Assembly (NCBI GenBank): GCA_043228905.1
Contig: JBHGNT010000002.1
Coordinates: 8,246,001 to 8,310,000, forward strand
Reading direction: 5' to 3'
Length of the DNA: 64,000 bases
DNA from: Azolla caroliniana
Taxonomy: Eukaryota > Plantae > Polypodiophyta
Shown here: one piece after another, positions 49,913-63,960 of the stretch
How the letters are laid out: the number at the start of each line of letters is the position of its first letter
How positions within the stretch are numbered: position 1 is the first letter of the stretch
Translations under genes and position numbers: made by a program
The notes under the pieces: generated by a model
Databases searched by the model: none
The model's input: only the letters and a program-made list of their open reading frames with translations
Told to the model about the DNA's origin: nothing

Positions 49913-51724
49913 ATCTCCTAAGATAAGCAGATATGGTTTTTTTTATGTGCATATGCATTCCTTTTTCTTGTACTTGTGCATGTTTTTTTTGTTAGGTTTC
50001 TAAAGTTATGAAAGTTAAGGTCATTTGTGATGCATTGAGTGTCTTGTTTTTAAGGAGAAATTGCATGTTTACATCTAATGGATAAGGTAAAACATGACGG
50101 ACTTGGCAAATCTACAAAATATTTTCTATGAGTCCATACTGAAGGCTAGGGCTTTCTGGTCAACTGTTAAAAATTAGATCCCTGTTGTAAACCATGCGTA
50201 AGAAATTCATCATCAACAAAAATTGTGCATCGTGTTAAACATGTCCATAAGAAGTGCTTTTGTGTGCATGTAATGTATGGATGCATATTAGTTTAGCGTA
50301 ACACACTACACATGTATCTATGTGGGTGCATTAATTCAAAATATACACTATAAAGACAATGTTTGACATTTGAGTTGAAAATTAATTGAAAACAACCTCC
50401 AATATTAAGATTTGTTTGTGAAAGCACACAATATAGATAGTGAGGCTTCCTCTCTTTAAGTGCTAAAAATAAATTGAATATCCAAGACATTTCATGATGT
50501 TTTCCATCATCGAAGCTTCTTATTGAAGGAATAAACTATTCAAATGCTCAAGGGAATGAGTGAGAGACTCTAAGGCCAAGTCCATAAAGGGCAAACGTAC
50601 ATAAGTTAGCTCAAAAAGTTGATTATTCAAAACATCGTCATTGAATATGGTCAAGTTTGAATTGAAGCAAAATTGCTTGACACACAAAGAAAACTTTCAT
50701 TCAAGGGAAGTGATAGCATATTTAGTCCAATCACGTTATTGGAACAACCACCCAAACTTTTAGCTGATAAAATGTGGTGCAACTTAATCACACATTATTC
50801 TACTTTTATTTTGACATTGTAAACACATTGTGGTTATGACGTCATAAACTCGTTATTTTGCACACTTTACTTTGGACTCTTCTATCTTCTACATAAGAAG
50901 AGCATTGCCTGCAACATTTTCTGTAAAAATAATTAGTATGTTGTGTTTTTAGTCACATTTTTGTTTGTTTGTTGATTGGATAAGAGCCTCCCTTTTATAC
51001 AGGAGGCCGTACAAACCATTCTTTTTAGGTTTCACTTAAACCTCTCAATATATGTTTGTAACACCATACAAGTGTGTGGTTAAGCTTAATCACACTCATG
51101 AACCTATCTTTTGTGGAGATCTTAAATAAACCATTCCTTTTTTCTAGCTTTAGTTGTAGTGATTCTTGTAAATCATTTGCCTCTTTATCACACGCATCCA
51201 ATTGTCATCGACCAATGTCCTTGCCTCTCCAATCGATAATTAAGCTCATGAATCAGCGACCGTTAAACTCGATTATCCCTACTCAACTCATGGTCAGGTG
51301 CACGTTATCTGATGTAAGGCACATCCAAATAAGAGACATGAGCTAATATATATATGCCAAAGGAGCCGAAGGAACAAATCCATGGGCCTCAAGCAGATCA
51401 CATTAGTATTTTGAATGGATCTTCGAGGTATGCACGCAAGGGAGAAGAAGTGTACGGGGTATGTGTTTTTTTTTGTGTGTGTGTGTGTGTGTCTCGATTC
51501 TCGATAATTGGCATGGAAAAACATGAACAAAAGAAATAAATATCTAAAGTGGAAGGGAAGCTTTGGAGGGAGTGACTTTGACATGGAGAGGGAGGTCTCG
51601 AGTTCGAATCTCGATTGTCTCCTTGTGTTGTCCCAAAGAAAAAGCCAAAAAAAAATCCATTTGTTTTTATTTTAATGAAACACGACTCTTTCTTCTCTAA
51701 GAAAACAGAGCGTTTCTTATTGTC

Positions 51725-51763
<39 letters not shown>

Positions 51764-51914
51764 ATCACAGTCAAATCTGTGAATAGATAGACCAGAAATG
51801 AGAGACGATCTTACCCAATAAGGGAGAACAGAGCACTTCCTCTGTTTGAAGAATCATTGTTTTCTCTCTCACCCCCCCCCCCCCCCCCCACCCCCCCTTT
51901 CTTTTGTTCTAGCT

Positions 51915-54900
51915 ATGGCGAGACCGAGAACTTCAAATGGAATTCTGCGTTATTTGCATCCTTCATATTACTTAAAGAGACCTGCCCGTCTCGCTTATTT
52001 CTTCATTCTTCTTGTTTTGTTGACATTTGCAGTGTGGGATAGACAAATCATGTTGAGAGAACACGAGGTACAGAATGCTAAATCTTTTGATCTATAATTT
52101 TGTTTCATTCCAAATATTTTTGCAAATTCTGATGTTTTGATGTAAAAATTCCTCCAAAACCTTATATAAACATCGTTCCAAGTTTATGATAGAAGTTCTC
52201 GTTTACAATATGTTCCAAAATATTGTTGAAAATGAGATGCTATGATATGATTATCTAGTCTAAATCTTGCTGATCCTATGACAATAATTATTCATTGTAA
52301 ATCTTGTAGAATTTTAATGTTATGATAGAGTCATAAATCTACAGTCAAGGTCATGCAATGCCAAATGTTTTTTGATCTAAAATTCGTTGCAGTTGAGGTC
52401 TTGTTGAGAATTTGTTTTTTATGCCAAAATTATTTTCAGTCTAGAAGCTTGTTGAAATTGGTTGCGATGATAGTAATCTTTCAAACCTCTAATCCATCAT
52501 TCTAAATCTTGATTGAAATTTGATATAATATTTTGAGTCTTAATCTTGTTGAACTTTGAATAAGAGTTTGTTACCTATGTTATGGAATCTTGAACAGGTT
52601 GTATAATTAGGTTTGTAGGATATGCTCAAATTTATATAGCGACAGAGTTCTTAGACGGTTTATTTTATATCTTGTTGAAAATTTGAATACAAGATGGTTA
52701 TTTATGTTATGGCATCTTGAACAAGTTGTGTAACTAGGGCAGAAGAACATGCTCAAATTTATGTAGAGACTGGACTTATAGATCCTTCATTCTAAATCAT
52801 TTTGAAACTTTGATATAGTATTTTGAGTCTAAATCTTGTTGAGTTTGAATACAAGCTGGTTATTTAAGTCAATGCATCATGAACAGGTTGTATGATTTGG
52901 CAAGTAGGATATGCAAATTGAATTAGAGGCAGGGCTCATAAAAATGTATATATGTGCATCTAGGAAATGTGTTTTCAAAGATGTATTTAGCATCAATGTA
53001 TCCACCTGCTTAGGGAAAGTTGTGCACCTTTTCTGAATCAAGGTAGTACCATAGACGTACAGTACTCATCATTATTCAAGGAATCATCATATAGAGAGAA
53101 GAACATGATCAAGGTTTCCCCATAGATTTTGGATTAACAGTTATCACATGAGTGAATCAGATGACTTTAAGTGAGCACTATTTCTTCCCTTTAATAAACA
53201 TACCTCTATCACGTGAATCATAAAGGTTAGATGATTGGTATCAAAGGGCTAGATGATTGGCATTGATGGGTTTCGATTTTAGTCACTACCTCCACTATAG
53301 CACCAGATGTCTTGCAGTAACATTGATTAAATTATAAGCAGTCGATTCATTTGGGAATCTTTTTTGCAGGAAGAAATTGCAAAATTAAATGGGATCAATG
53401 AAGACCTAAACGAGAAGGTAAATCCATGCATATAAATACATTTCCCGTTCTGACATAGAAATTAGAATAGATACCTTTCAAATTTCGTAATTTATGTTAT
53501 TTTGCAGCTAGATGGAATGAGGAAGCTTTTGGGTGATCTAGGGCGACCAATTTTTGGAGACACACCAAAAGTATTGACTCGTAGGGTTACACAAGGAAAA
53601 GATTTTGAGGATAGTGACCCAGAGACAAGAGAAAGAAGAGACAAAGTTGAGGCTGCAATGGTTCATGCATGGAGTTCCTATGAAAAATATGCATGGGGTA
53701 TGGATGAACTTCTGGTATGGAGTTTTTGTTTTTGAATTGGATATGTTTTTTTTCTCATCAGTTTGAATCTCTTCTGTTTTGTTCTGAGTTGCAACCACCC
53801 TTACAGCATACTCTTTCCATGTATGCAGCCACAGTCACGGTCAGGATCAAATGATTTTGGGGGACTTGGGGCAACTATTGTAGACTCTTTGGATACGTTA
53901 TATATCATGGGCTTGAACGACCAATTTAAGAAAGCTAAAGAGTAAGTATTCACCTATTTTCTAATACTATAGTGAATGGATATCTAAACTTTTAAAGTTG
54001 AGCCTCAAATTCTTAAATTAACTGACAGATAGTAAGTCGACACACTCAACCATATGACATTAGAGAATTTAAACTTGAACAGAAGAAACCCTTCAAATGG
54101 AAGGTTAATGAAGATTGATACTATCCATCTTTAAGGACCCAAATAAAGAGTAAATAAGGTCTAAGATTGAAGTGCATTTCTGGGAAGCCGAGACACAATT
54201 TTTTGTTGGAAGATTTTTTCTTGTCTTTCACTTTTGCTGTGACAGATTTCTCATTCTCTTCTTGTTTGCTGGATTGTTCTCTTCATGGTTTTGTATGGTG
54301 TGTTTCTATTCTAGAAGATAAAACGTTGTTTTAGTATATTACTACTTCTTGGAAGGGCGCACTTGCAGGATGCCATTGAGAAAACTTAGAAGATGAGAAA
54401 TTATTGGTGCCAAGTGTAGTTTTTTGCAGGATCATCACATCTATTCAGATCTATGACATCTGAATTTCAAAAAAGTACTTTATTTCTTTTTTACAAATAT
54501 CTTGAAGCATGAATATTTTGATAAAGAATTAGCAATTTTTGTTGGATGTATTACTGAACAACAACTTTATCAAGCTCAAAGCTTCTAGTCTACAATAGCA
54601 TGAAGTAATTGACAGTGTCTGTGTTTTTATGTAGTATAGATTTGCACTAACCTTATCTGCATATTTGTAGATCTTAAGAATTTGTAATTTACGGAATTCA
54701 TGCCAAAATGCAACTCCTCAATTTGTTATGCCTCTAAATGTTGCAGATGGGTAGAGGTTCATATGACTTTTGACAAGCATTATGATGCCAGCGTGTTTGA
54801 AACAACCATCAGGCAAGTATTTTCAGGTTTGTATTCCAAATCTCATAATAATCACAAGACTGCTTATTTTTTATTTGCTTTTGGTATAGAGTGCTTGGAG

Positions 54901-57900
54901 GCCTCCTTAGTGCATATGACCTTTCTGGAGACGGCATGTTTCTTGACAAAGCAAAGGATTTGGCGGATAGATTGTTACCTGCATGGAACACACCAACAGG
55001 AATACCATATACAACAATAAACTTAGCAACTGGTCTTGCACATAATCTAGGCTGGACAGGGGTATGTAAGCTGTTTTTGTGCATGTATTTCCATTTGGTC
55101 GATATAGTTATTTCAGATTTCCTTACAAAAACTTTGCTTCGCAGGGATCAAGTGTATTGGCAGATTTGGGAACTGAACAAGTAGAACTAATTGCACTTTC
55201 ACAACGGACAGGGAACCCCAAGTACATGGAAAAGGTCTGCTAATAAAATCCCCCCACTTGAAAATGTGATATTTTTCATTTAAGGGAACTAACTGTGAGA
55301 AAAGCTGTTAATAGCAGCAGCGGAACAGTTGTTAGAACAAAATAGACACAGCCAAGTTGTGAGAAGGCTGTTAGACAGCAGTAGAAAAAATGGTTGCAAA
55401 GAGTAGAGACATAGCCAAAGAGTAGAGCTTGTTTTTAAGTAGCAACAAAGATAAAAGTCTTTACAAAAGAGGCTGGTATAGCCTATTTATACAAAATTGG
55501 GGAAAGTGGGTGAAATTGTTGTTTGGTAGTTAAGTGACTCTTGTACTACCAAACAAGTACAATAAACTAAGAATAAGAGGGAATATCTTGGAAAAATTGG
55601 AAGAGAGAAAAGGCATTTAAAGCATTGCAAATTCTAGAGAGAGAAGAATCTAGGAAGAGAGAGAATGTAGAACAGAGATAATAAAGATGAAAGAGAGTGC
55701 ATGTCTAGAGTTGTCACTCTCCAATACCTTCTCTCAGCTCCAGAACGACGGTCCAACATTGAATTGACCGAGGAGCTAATCAATGGCTTGCCTTGGAAGT
55801 GGCTTAGTAAATAAATCAGGCACACTTTCTTCAGTAGTACAATATGCCAAGTTGATGACTTGTGATTTCACTAATTCACGAACAAAATGTTAGTGCACTT
55901 CGATATTTTTTGTTCTACTATGAAATGTTGAGCTATGTGCCAAGGCACAAGCACTTTGGTTGTCGGTGAAAACTGCAATAGGAGAGTCTTGCAAAACACC
56001 AATGTGAGAAAACAATTGCATTAACCATAGCAACTCACAACAAGTATCCAAGTAAGCTTGATATTCAGCTTCTGTCGATGATGTAGAAATTGAGTTTTGC
56101 TTCTTCGATTTCCAAGAAATCAAGCATGAACCTAACATAAAACAATAGCCAGATGTGGACTATCTAGAATCAATATCACCTGCCCAATCAACGTCTGAGT
56201 AGCCAACAAGCTCAATGCAGCCTATAAAAAAGAGACCATAGTTGTGTGTGTTGGCCAAATACCTAAGAACTTGAATAACTGCTTGCCAATGACTTTGTCT
56301 CGGAGCACTTGAGAATTGGCTGAGAATACTCACTCTATAGGACAAATCAGGCCTGGTATAACTTAAGTGAAGAAGAATACTCACTCTATCTTCAAATATG
56401 GGAGAATCATCTTCACGAGATAGCTTTGAGTTAGGATCCATTGGACAAAAGAGTGGCTTGCAATTTGACATGACATAGGTGTCAAGGAGTTGCCTGAGAT
56501 ACTTATGTTGGCTGAGGAAGATACCGCCATGTGATTGATAGACCTCCATACCTATGAAGTAATGGAGAAGTCCTAGATCAGTCATTTCGAATGTGGTTTT
56601 GAGGTTAGCACAAAGCTCCTTGATTTTAGAAGCAAGAGACCCTGTAATTAGAAGGTCATCAACATATAACATGATCAAGCATAGTAGATTTTCTTGGGAA
56701 AAGACATAGAGATTGCTGTCAGCATGACAATGCTTAAACCCAAGTGAGAGAAAGAAGGTATCAAATTTGTCATGCCAAGCTTTGGGAGCTTGCTTTAAGC
56801 CATACAAGGCTTTGTGTAACCTGTAGACCATGTTGTTCTGCTCTGAAATCTCGAAGCCTGGAGGCTGTTCAACATAAACCTCCTCTTTCAAGTCACCATT
56901 AAGGAAGGCTGACTTGACATCCATTTGAAAGATGGGCCATTTGTTGTGAGCAGCAAGTGTGAGCGCATCAAATAGAGGTGTACCTTGCTGTTGGAGCAAA
57001 AGTTTCCTCGTAATCCACTCCTTCGATTTGTGAGTAGCCTTTTGCAACTAAACGTGCCTTGTGCTTATCTGAAGTACCATCAGCATGGTACTTGGTCTTG
57101 AAATGCAAGGCACGTGTAGCACATCTTGAAGAACGACAGGTTTGTCATTTGACGAAGTGTTAAGAAACACATTACCCACACACGAAGCCTCAATGCTTGA
57201 GGCATCTCCTATGGAGATTTGGGAGGAGCTAGGCTTCACATCATGCAAAATGGATTTGTCATAAGTCATGTGTGCAGTGGCACCACTGTCTACTAACCAT
57301 TCATCGATGATTGAGGTAGTTGTTCCAGCCAAATGTGAAGAATGTTCCTCAATGCCAAGGAAAACTGTTTCTTTGGCTGAGTGGACCAAGTTTGATTTTG
57401 ATGTAGGTTGACTTTCGGTAGAAGATTTCTTGGCATTGTCCCTTTTCTTTTTTCGGTAGTCGGGCTGAATGTGACCTTTGTAGCCACAATAATGACAAGT
57501 GAGCTCCTTGTAGGCTGGGTTGTTTGGTGGTCTTGGATTCGGTTTGTTGTAGGAGTTGCCATTTTGCTTCTACTTGCCTTTACTCTTCTCATGTAGAAGC
57601 GTCTCATTGGAAGTTTGAGCACTTTTCTTCCTTGTTTCCTTGTCTTGTAGCATGGCAAGAAATATATTCATATCAGGTGTGTTGGGATGAAGAGAAATTG
57701 TGTCACAAAAGGCTGAGATTGACTCAGGCAACTTTATCATTAGACGATGCACAAACTCAACTTTAGTTAACTTGCTTCCCAAAGAAACTAGTTCCTTTTG
57801 GAGAGTAACAAATTGTGTTATTTGATCCATGACGTTGGGAGTGTCATGAATCTTGAGATTTGCTAGTTGGCTCTCAATAGCTATCATTTGAGCATGATTA

Positions 57901-60900
57901 GCTCGATGATAGCTCTTTTTGATGGCTGCCCATAGTTCATTGGCTGTCTCTTCATCTGTATCTTGAAATTGACGAGCAATGCTCGGTTTAATGTTAAACA
58001 TGAGGAAAGCATGAGCACAAGAATCCTTATCTAGCCAAGCGTCAATCTCAGCGTTAGATGAGCCAACAACTGATTTGGTTGAAGAGGATGAAGTTACCGG
58101 TGGTTTCTTGTCACTACCATTGACCACATTCCATAGACGATGGTGCTGTAGCAAGGTCTTTATTTGCAGTTTCCAATCCAAGTAATTGTGAAACAATGGT
58201 GGCATGTGAGGCCATGGATATCCTCCTCTTAAGCTACAACTGGACAATTTGCAGCGGCTGTAAGTAGATGCTCAGGGTCTTTCTACTCCTCCCTAGATGC
58301 TAGGCGAGGCTCAGATGAGGGGAAAAGAAAAAAGAACCTCTATAGGGTTGGGAGGGAGGGATAAAAGAAGATAGGTCTGTGTGCTCTTTGGCAAAAGAAA
58401 TCAGGCTGAGGATATGGAGACCTCACTGCTCTGATACCATGTGAGAAAAGCTGTTAATAGCAGCAGCGGAACAGTTGTTAGAACAAAATAGACACAGCCA
58501 AGCTGTGAGAAGGCTGTTAGACAGCAGTAGAAAAAAAAGTTGCAAAGAGTAGAGACACAGCCAAAGAGTAGAGCTTGTTTTTAAGAAGCAACAAAGATAA
58601 AAGTCTTTACAAAAGAGGCTGGTATAGCCTATTTATACAAAATTGGGGAAAGTGGGTGAAATGGTTGTTTGGTAGTTAAGTGACGCTTGTACTACCAAAC
58701 AGGTACAATAAACTAGGAATAAGAGGGAATATCTTGGAAAAAGTGGAAGAGAGAAAAGGCATTTAAAGCGTTGCAGATTCTAGAGAGAGAAGACATTTAA
58801 AGAGTTGCAGATTCTAGAAGAAAGAAAGAAAGAAAGATATATTAACGTCTTTTAAGAGGCCAAAATGGCCTATAAGACCAAATAAGAGATTACATCTTGA
58901 GTGTTGTCTTGTCTTTGAGAACAAATCAAAATAAAATAAATATTACATAGTAAATATAAAAGTAAATAAGATGATGAAAAGAAAGAAAGATATATTAACG
59001 TCTTTTAAGAGGCCAAAATGGCCTATAAGACCAAATAAGAGATTACATCTTGAGTGTTTTCTTGTCTTTGAGAACAAATCAAAATAAAATAAATATTACA
59101 CAGTAATTATAAAAGTAAATAAAATGAAAAGAGAAGAAACGAGGGAATGTGGTTTTTGGCACATGTGAGATTCTCAAGTTAGGTATATTGTAGCTTTTGT
59201 CTCCGAAAGATCTCTAGCATAGGTCGATCTAGAATGGAAATGTCTCCGAAACGAGGGAAGCACCTACGAGGGCAGGAGATAATGACTTTTATCTAGGAAG
59301 AATCTAGGAAGAGAGAGAATGTAGAACAGAGATAATAAAGATGAAAGAGAGTGCAGATCTGGAGCTGCCACCCTCCAACACTAACAAGGTTATTCCCCTA
59401 GAAGGAATAAGTAAGATGTCTTTCTTTGAAATCTTGAATATGAGAACAAAATTGGCCTATGAGACGAACCATGTTATGCATCAGTTATACAAGTCTGCAT
59501 GTTTAGTGTGGATATAACACATGAAGTAATGTGGTATGAAGAGCCCCTGTGGTACTATCTTTGTATCAGAAAGGATGAGACCTGATGTATCATCAATGTG
59601 ATGATTATGATGAGTTTGAATCTTCCTGATGTCAAAGAAAATGAAGGGTCAGAAACATAAAATGGGATCTGGCTGGCATTTCGTAACTGTGGACTGGCCA
59701 AATCAGAGTAACAGAATTTGTGAACCATCTCCATCAGTTGGGAATTATATGTTTCCAATGCATCATGATGTACATCCACAATCCACATGAGGAAGTATCT
59801 TCAAAACAATTGAGCCTCAAAACTGCAGTTAGTAACTGTTCTTTGAATGTTTTTTTTAGAATGAAGTGGGCAACCTTTCAGGCCCTAGCAAGAGATGTCC
59901 ACTTACGCCTGCGCACACCGCTTTTTAGATAGGTCACATTGGTGTATTGTCTTTGAGCCTTCTCCCATCAATTCCATTTAATGTATACAAATTAATGGTG
60001 CAATAGTAGTTCCTTGTGCCTCCCATAATTGCCACATAAATGTTTCGTTAGGACATTTTTGCCCCTAGAACTAAGCCAGAATGTAAGTTGATTGAACACT
60101 GCTAGTTCATATTACCACTCTTAAGTCTTCTATTATATTCTGGGGCTTTCCAAGATATGCTGATTATTAGTATCTTTTGCTCAGAGGTTGGTCATCTCAG
60201 CTTCACTTTCAATAATTGCTACTGATCAAGCATTCTAAGCAAACCCATCAAAATGATGTGTCCATAATACAATAGTTTCCTCTTTATTCCTAAGTATGTA
60301 GTTTTGGTTAGCGGTTTCTTCCCCTTTTCCGTTTTCTTCATACCCTATGATAAGCTCTGTAAAGTTGTGCTGTAAATATACCTTTTTTAGTTCATCAAGG
60401 TGCATTTATGAGTTTAGCTGGAAATATTAATAAGATTTTATCTTTTTAGTTCATCAAGACCATTTGAATATAATTTATGAGTTAACTAGAAATATTACTA
60501 ACATCTTATCTTTTTCAGGCCGAAAATGTAATAAATAAGCTCAGGGAGGTTTTTCCATCTGATGGACTGCTACCCATGTTCATTAGCCCAGATAGTGGGA
60601 GGCCTACTACGTCAAAGGTTACATTTGGTGCAATGGGTGACAGGTGAATATACTTACAGGAAAGCAGTGTATTTGTCATTGCTGAATCATTATATGCATT
60701 TATATGTGCAGATTGTAGGTTAAAACTAAGTATTGATGCTATTATTAAATGTAATCAATTAATATGTGAAGCATGATGGAATATACTCATCAGCTGAAGA
60801 TTTATTCCACAACTTGATAGATGATTCAGCCACCAATGTCAGAATATATCAATGATAAAGAAATTGCTCAAATTTTCCTTTTTGACCAAAATTTTCCCTA

Positions 60901-62108
60901 CTTCTCATGCTGTGACTTGAAGACTTCCATCAATTCTTATTTTGGCCAAAACTATGGGTGAAGACAGGAGTGTAGGCGAATTACCTTCCTAAAATCCAGT
61001 CATTGTATTCTATATTCATTTATAGTCATTATTTTTATATTATGGAAGAAATTTCAGAGTTATTGCATCTGTTAGAGTGATTGATTATCTTTGTGTCTTT
61101 GCAGTTTCTTCGAATATCTTCTGAAAGTTTGGGTCCTAGGAAACAAGACAGCACCCGTAAAACATTACAGGTTCAAGTCTTGAGCATTTTTCTTGATTTT
61201 GTTCGAGTCTTCTGTCTCATTCTCTTTGTCATTTAATTCTAGGGATATGTGGGAACAATCAATGGAAGGTCTTATGACTTTGACAAGGAGGTCAACCCCA
61301 TCCAATTTCTTATACATCACTGAACGTTCTGGTGACTCATATATAGATAAGGTATGGCTGACTATTAGGTTTTGTGTTAAGTGTCATAGTAAAGGTGCAA
61401 TAGCTATATATTGCATGAATTGCAGGCTTTATCTTATGTGGAACCACCTCTGAGTTTATCTTTATCTCCCCAAATCCCGTTCATTTTTTGTTATTTCTCC
61501 TGATGCCCGTAGAGAACCCTAGAAAAAGAAAAAAAGGGATGAATAGATAATGTAATTGATCAAATAGTTCATATAATTGAGGAAAGGGGGATGGATTGAC
61601 CATATATTTACCCAAATAGCAAAAGATAATTGCTTGTGGAGAAGTTGACCAGGGTCCTGTGGGGGTATTTTGGGGAAATAAAGGCAAATTGGGTGGTATT
61701 TCATACCTAGGCTGTATTTTATATGGAACAACCCTTGAGTTTTTTTGTTATCTCCCTACATTTTTTATTTGCCCAGATGCCCCTGATCAACCATAGATAG
61801 ATAGAAAGAAGGAAAGAGAAGGGGGATGAATCAATAGTATAATTGATCAAATAGCAAAGGGGGATGGATTGATCATGTAATTACCCAAATAGGAAAAGGT
61901 AATTAATTGCAAAGGAGTTGACCAAGTTCCTGTGGGTATTTTGGAGAAATAAAGAAAAATATGGGTGATATTTTATAGCTACATGATTACCATATCTGCT
62001 TTATTGCAGATGGACGAGCTTGCTTGTTTTGTACCTGGGATGCTTGCACTTGGCTCAATGGGTGCTAGTCCTGAGAAGAAATCAAAATATCTCGATGCTG
62101 CGAAAGAG
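51915..62108 (+). CDS. MNS1: Class I Golgi alpha-1,2-mannosidase (GH47, MNS1/MNS2-like), 3'-partial. Exons: 51915-52067, 53370-53417, 53508-53714, 53829-53941, 54747-54812, 54890-55061, 55145-55234, 60519-60643, 61105-61170, 61243-61351, 62010-62108
   Basis: Type II TM N-terminus ([16 protein letters not shown]), [88 protein letters not shown]. All junctions keep frame with AG acceptors and GT donors (one GC donor). The remaining exons lie beyond the window. Confidence 0.92.
55294..59380 (-). mobile_element. Ty1/Copia element (INT deleted) in intron 7 of the mannosidase gene; LTRs 55294-55726 and 58440-59380
   Basis: TSD CTAAC at 55289-55293 and 59381-59385, PBS complement GCTCTGATACCA at 58428-58439. 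Gag [39 protein letters not shown], RNase [15 protein letters not shown]. Confidence 0.93.
58822..59291 (-). mobile_element. 3' end of a non-LTR retroelement (LINE/SINE-like, (TTTC)n tail, duplicated 3' end) inserted in the Copia 5' LTR
   Basis: Absent from the sister LTR. Two copies of the AAAGAAAGATATATTAACGTC...CAAATCAAAATAAAATAAA unit; the same unit occurs at ~62905-63020. Confidence 0.6.
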
Positions 62109-62699
62109 GTATTGAATCTGTCAGCATCTTGAGATAGAGTAGAAGTGTTAAATGTTTTAGTTACCAAAAGATTATTTGATTGAAACCAGAGGACAGAAGT
62201 ATTGAACCTTTTGGCATCTCTAAGTGGTATAGAAGAGTTAACTTTTCTATCTGCCAAAATATTATTTTCTTCTTTTTAATAGTTTCAAAGTTTATGGTAT
62301 TTCCTTTCAGTATCAAAACCACACATGCAATGTCTCTTTGTATTTGTAACTTTGTAGTTAGTGTGTATTGCACTTATTAGCTCCAATTTTTTGTAGTAGA
62401 TGCAGATATGTAATTCTAAATTTCTGTAGCTATACAGCCTTGCATCTGATTGCATTGTTACAAGCTATGTGCAAACATACAATTATGTTTTTGTACTCGT
62501 ATGTTATTCCACATTCCTAGAAACTTGCATGATTTTTTGTTATGATATATCTTCACTTGAATATGCAAATGTTCTCTATGAATTCCCCTTTTTTACTCCA
62601 CATAAGGTGAGAAATGCATTGATAGGCTACAATTTGGAAAGGCCCAAGATCATGATGAATTGGTAGCAAGCATTTTATCTATATCCGTGACACATTGGT

Positions 62700-63960
62700 C
62701 TCGTTTTCTTGCATACATCTTTAATAGAGCTGTGTGCCATATTCAAGAGTGGAGAGCCTGATAACTATATGGTTTGATCCTTGAGTCAGAATGGAGTGTA
62801 TGGACAGAGAAATGGCTGCTGTTCAGCTGGACTGGCAGGTTTTGGAATGGGGCTTACACCTTGGATCACATATTGACCATCCCAGCCCTCATCAAGCAGA
62901 AGAAGAAAGAAAGAAAGATATATTAACGTCTTTTAAGAGGCCAAAATGGCCTATAAGACCAAATAAGAGATTACATCTTGAGTGTTGTCTCGTCTTTGAG
63001 AACAAATCAAAATAAAATAAGAAGAAACTATAAAATGAGAACCTATTGTTGCTTTGTGGATTTCAGGAAAGTTTATGACACTATACCGTCTGCTTGAATC
63101 GTGCAGCGACGAGAAGCTTTTGGTGTCCGAATAGATATGGAATGGGCAATCTATGCACTCCATGAATCATCGTCAAAAAAATTGCGCACTCCTAATGGCT
63201 TATCAGAGATCATGGCTAGCGAAGGATGCTCATTATCATCTGATCTCTTTTGTCTTTATATAGATGAGATATTATTTATGTAAAGAGGTTGGGTGGTTCA
63301 GGACCATGCTTAGCAGTTAGTAGCCAGACCGATGCTACTATATGCTGATGACATCTTGTTGATCTCTGACTTTCAGAGGACAATGACGACATTTAAATGC
63401 TATATAATCATTTTATATAGATAAAGATTTATCAATCAACCTTGATAAGGCCAAAGTGATGGTGTTTACTACCACTCAAGAATGAGTAACAAGATCAGAA
63501 TTGCATTTCTTAAAGGTCACATACACATGATCCTACACATATCTAGAAGTAATCTTTGTTGGGCCTTACTTCTTGTGCTTCGATTTCCTTGTGGATATGC
63601 AACCCTTGGTGACCTTGAAAGACAATGTGCTCATCCAGTTCTGAGAACTACAAACTAAATTGTGGTGGTTTGATACATTGGCAACACCAACACTTCTCTA
63701 TAGAGTAGAAATTTGTGGATTGAGCCTTCATAGGGCGCATAACTGGACAAATTTGGAGAGACCATTTAGTCGATGATTGCATGCATGATAAGGAAGGAGC
63801 TAAGCGCCCCATGATATAATCAGGGCAGAGATGGGAGCAGCCCCAATAGTGACTGATGCTTTATTTTGATTAGTGACTGGTATCCAACGTATTTGGGATC
63901 TCCCTAAGCAAAGGGGTTCAAGGCAGGCACTTGCACCATCAAAACAACTTACTGAACCTG
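62700..63960 (+). pseudogene. Degenerate LINE (RTE-like) reverse transcriptase in intron 11
   Basis: Fragments read LDHILTI, YCCFVDFRKVYDTI, EGCSLSSDLFCLYIDE (QGCPLSP.LF-like) and LLYADDI. Confidence 0.75.
62905..63020 (-). mobile_element. Short 5'-truncated LINE/SINE 3'-end copy inserted in the RTE remnant
   Basis: Same ~120-bp unit as 58822-59100, flanked by a possible AAGAAGAAA target duplication. Confidence 0.6.
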
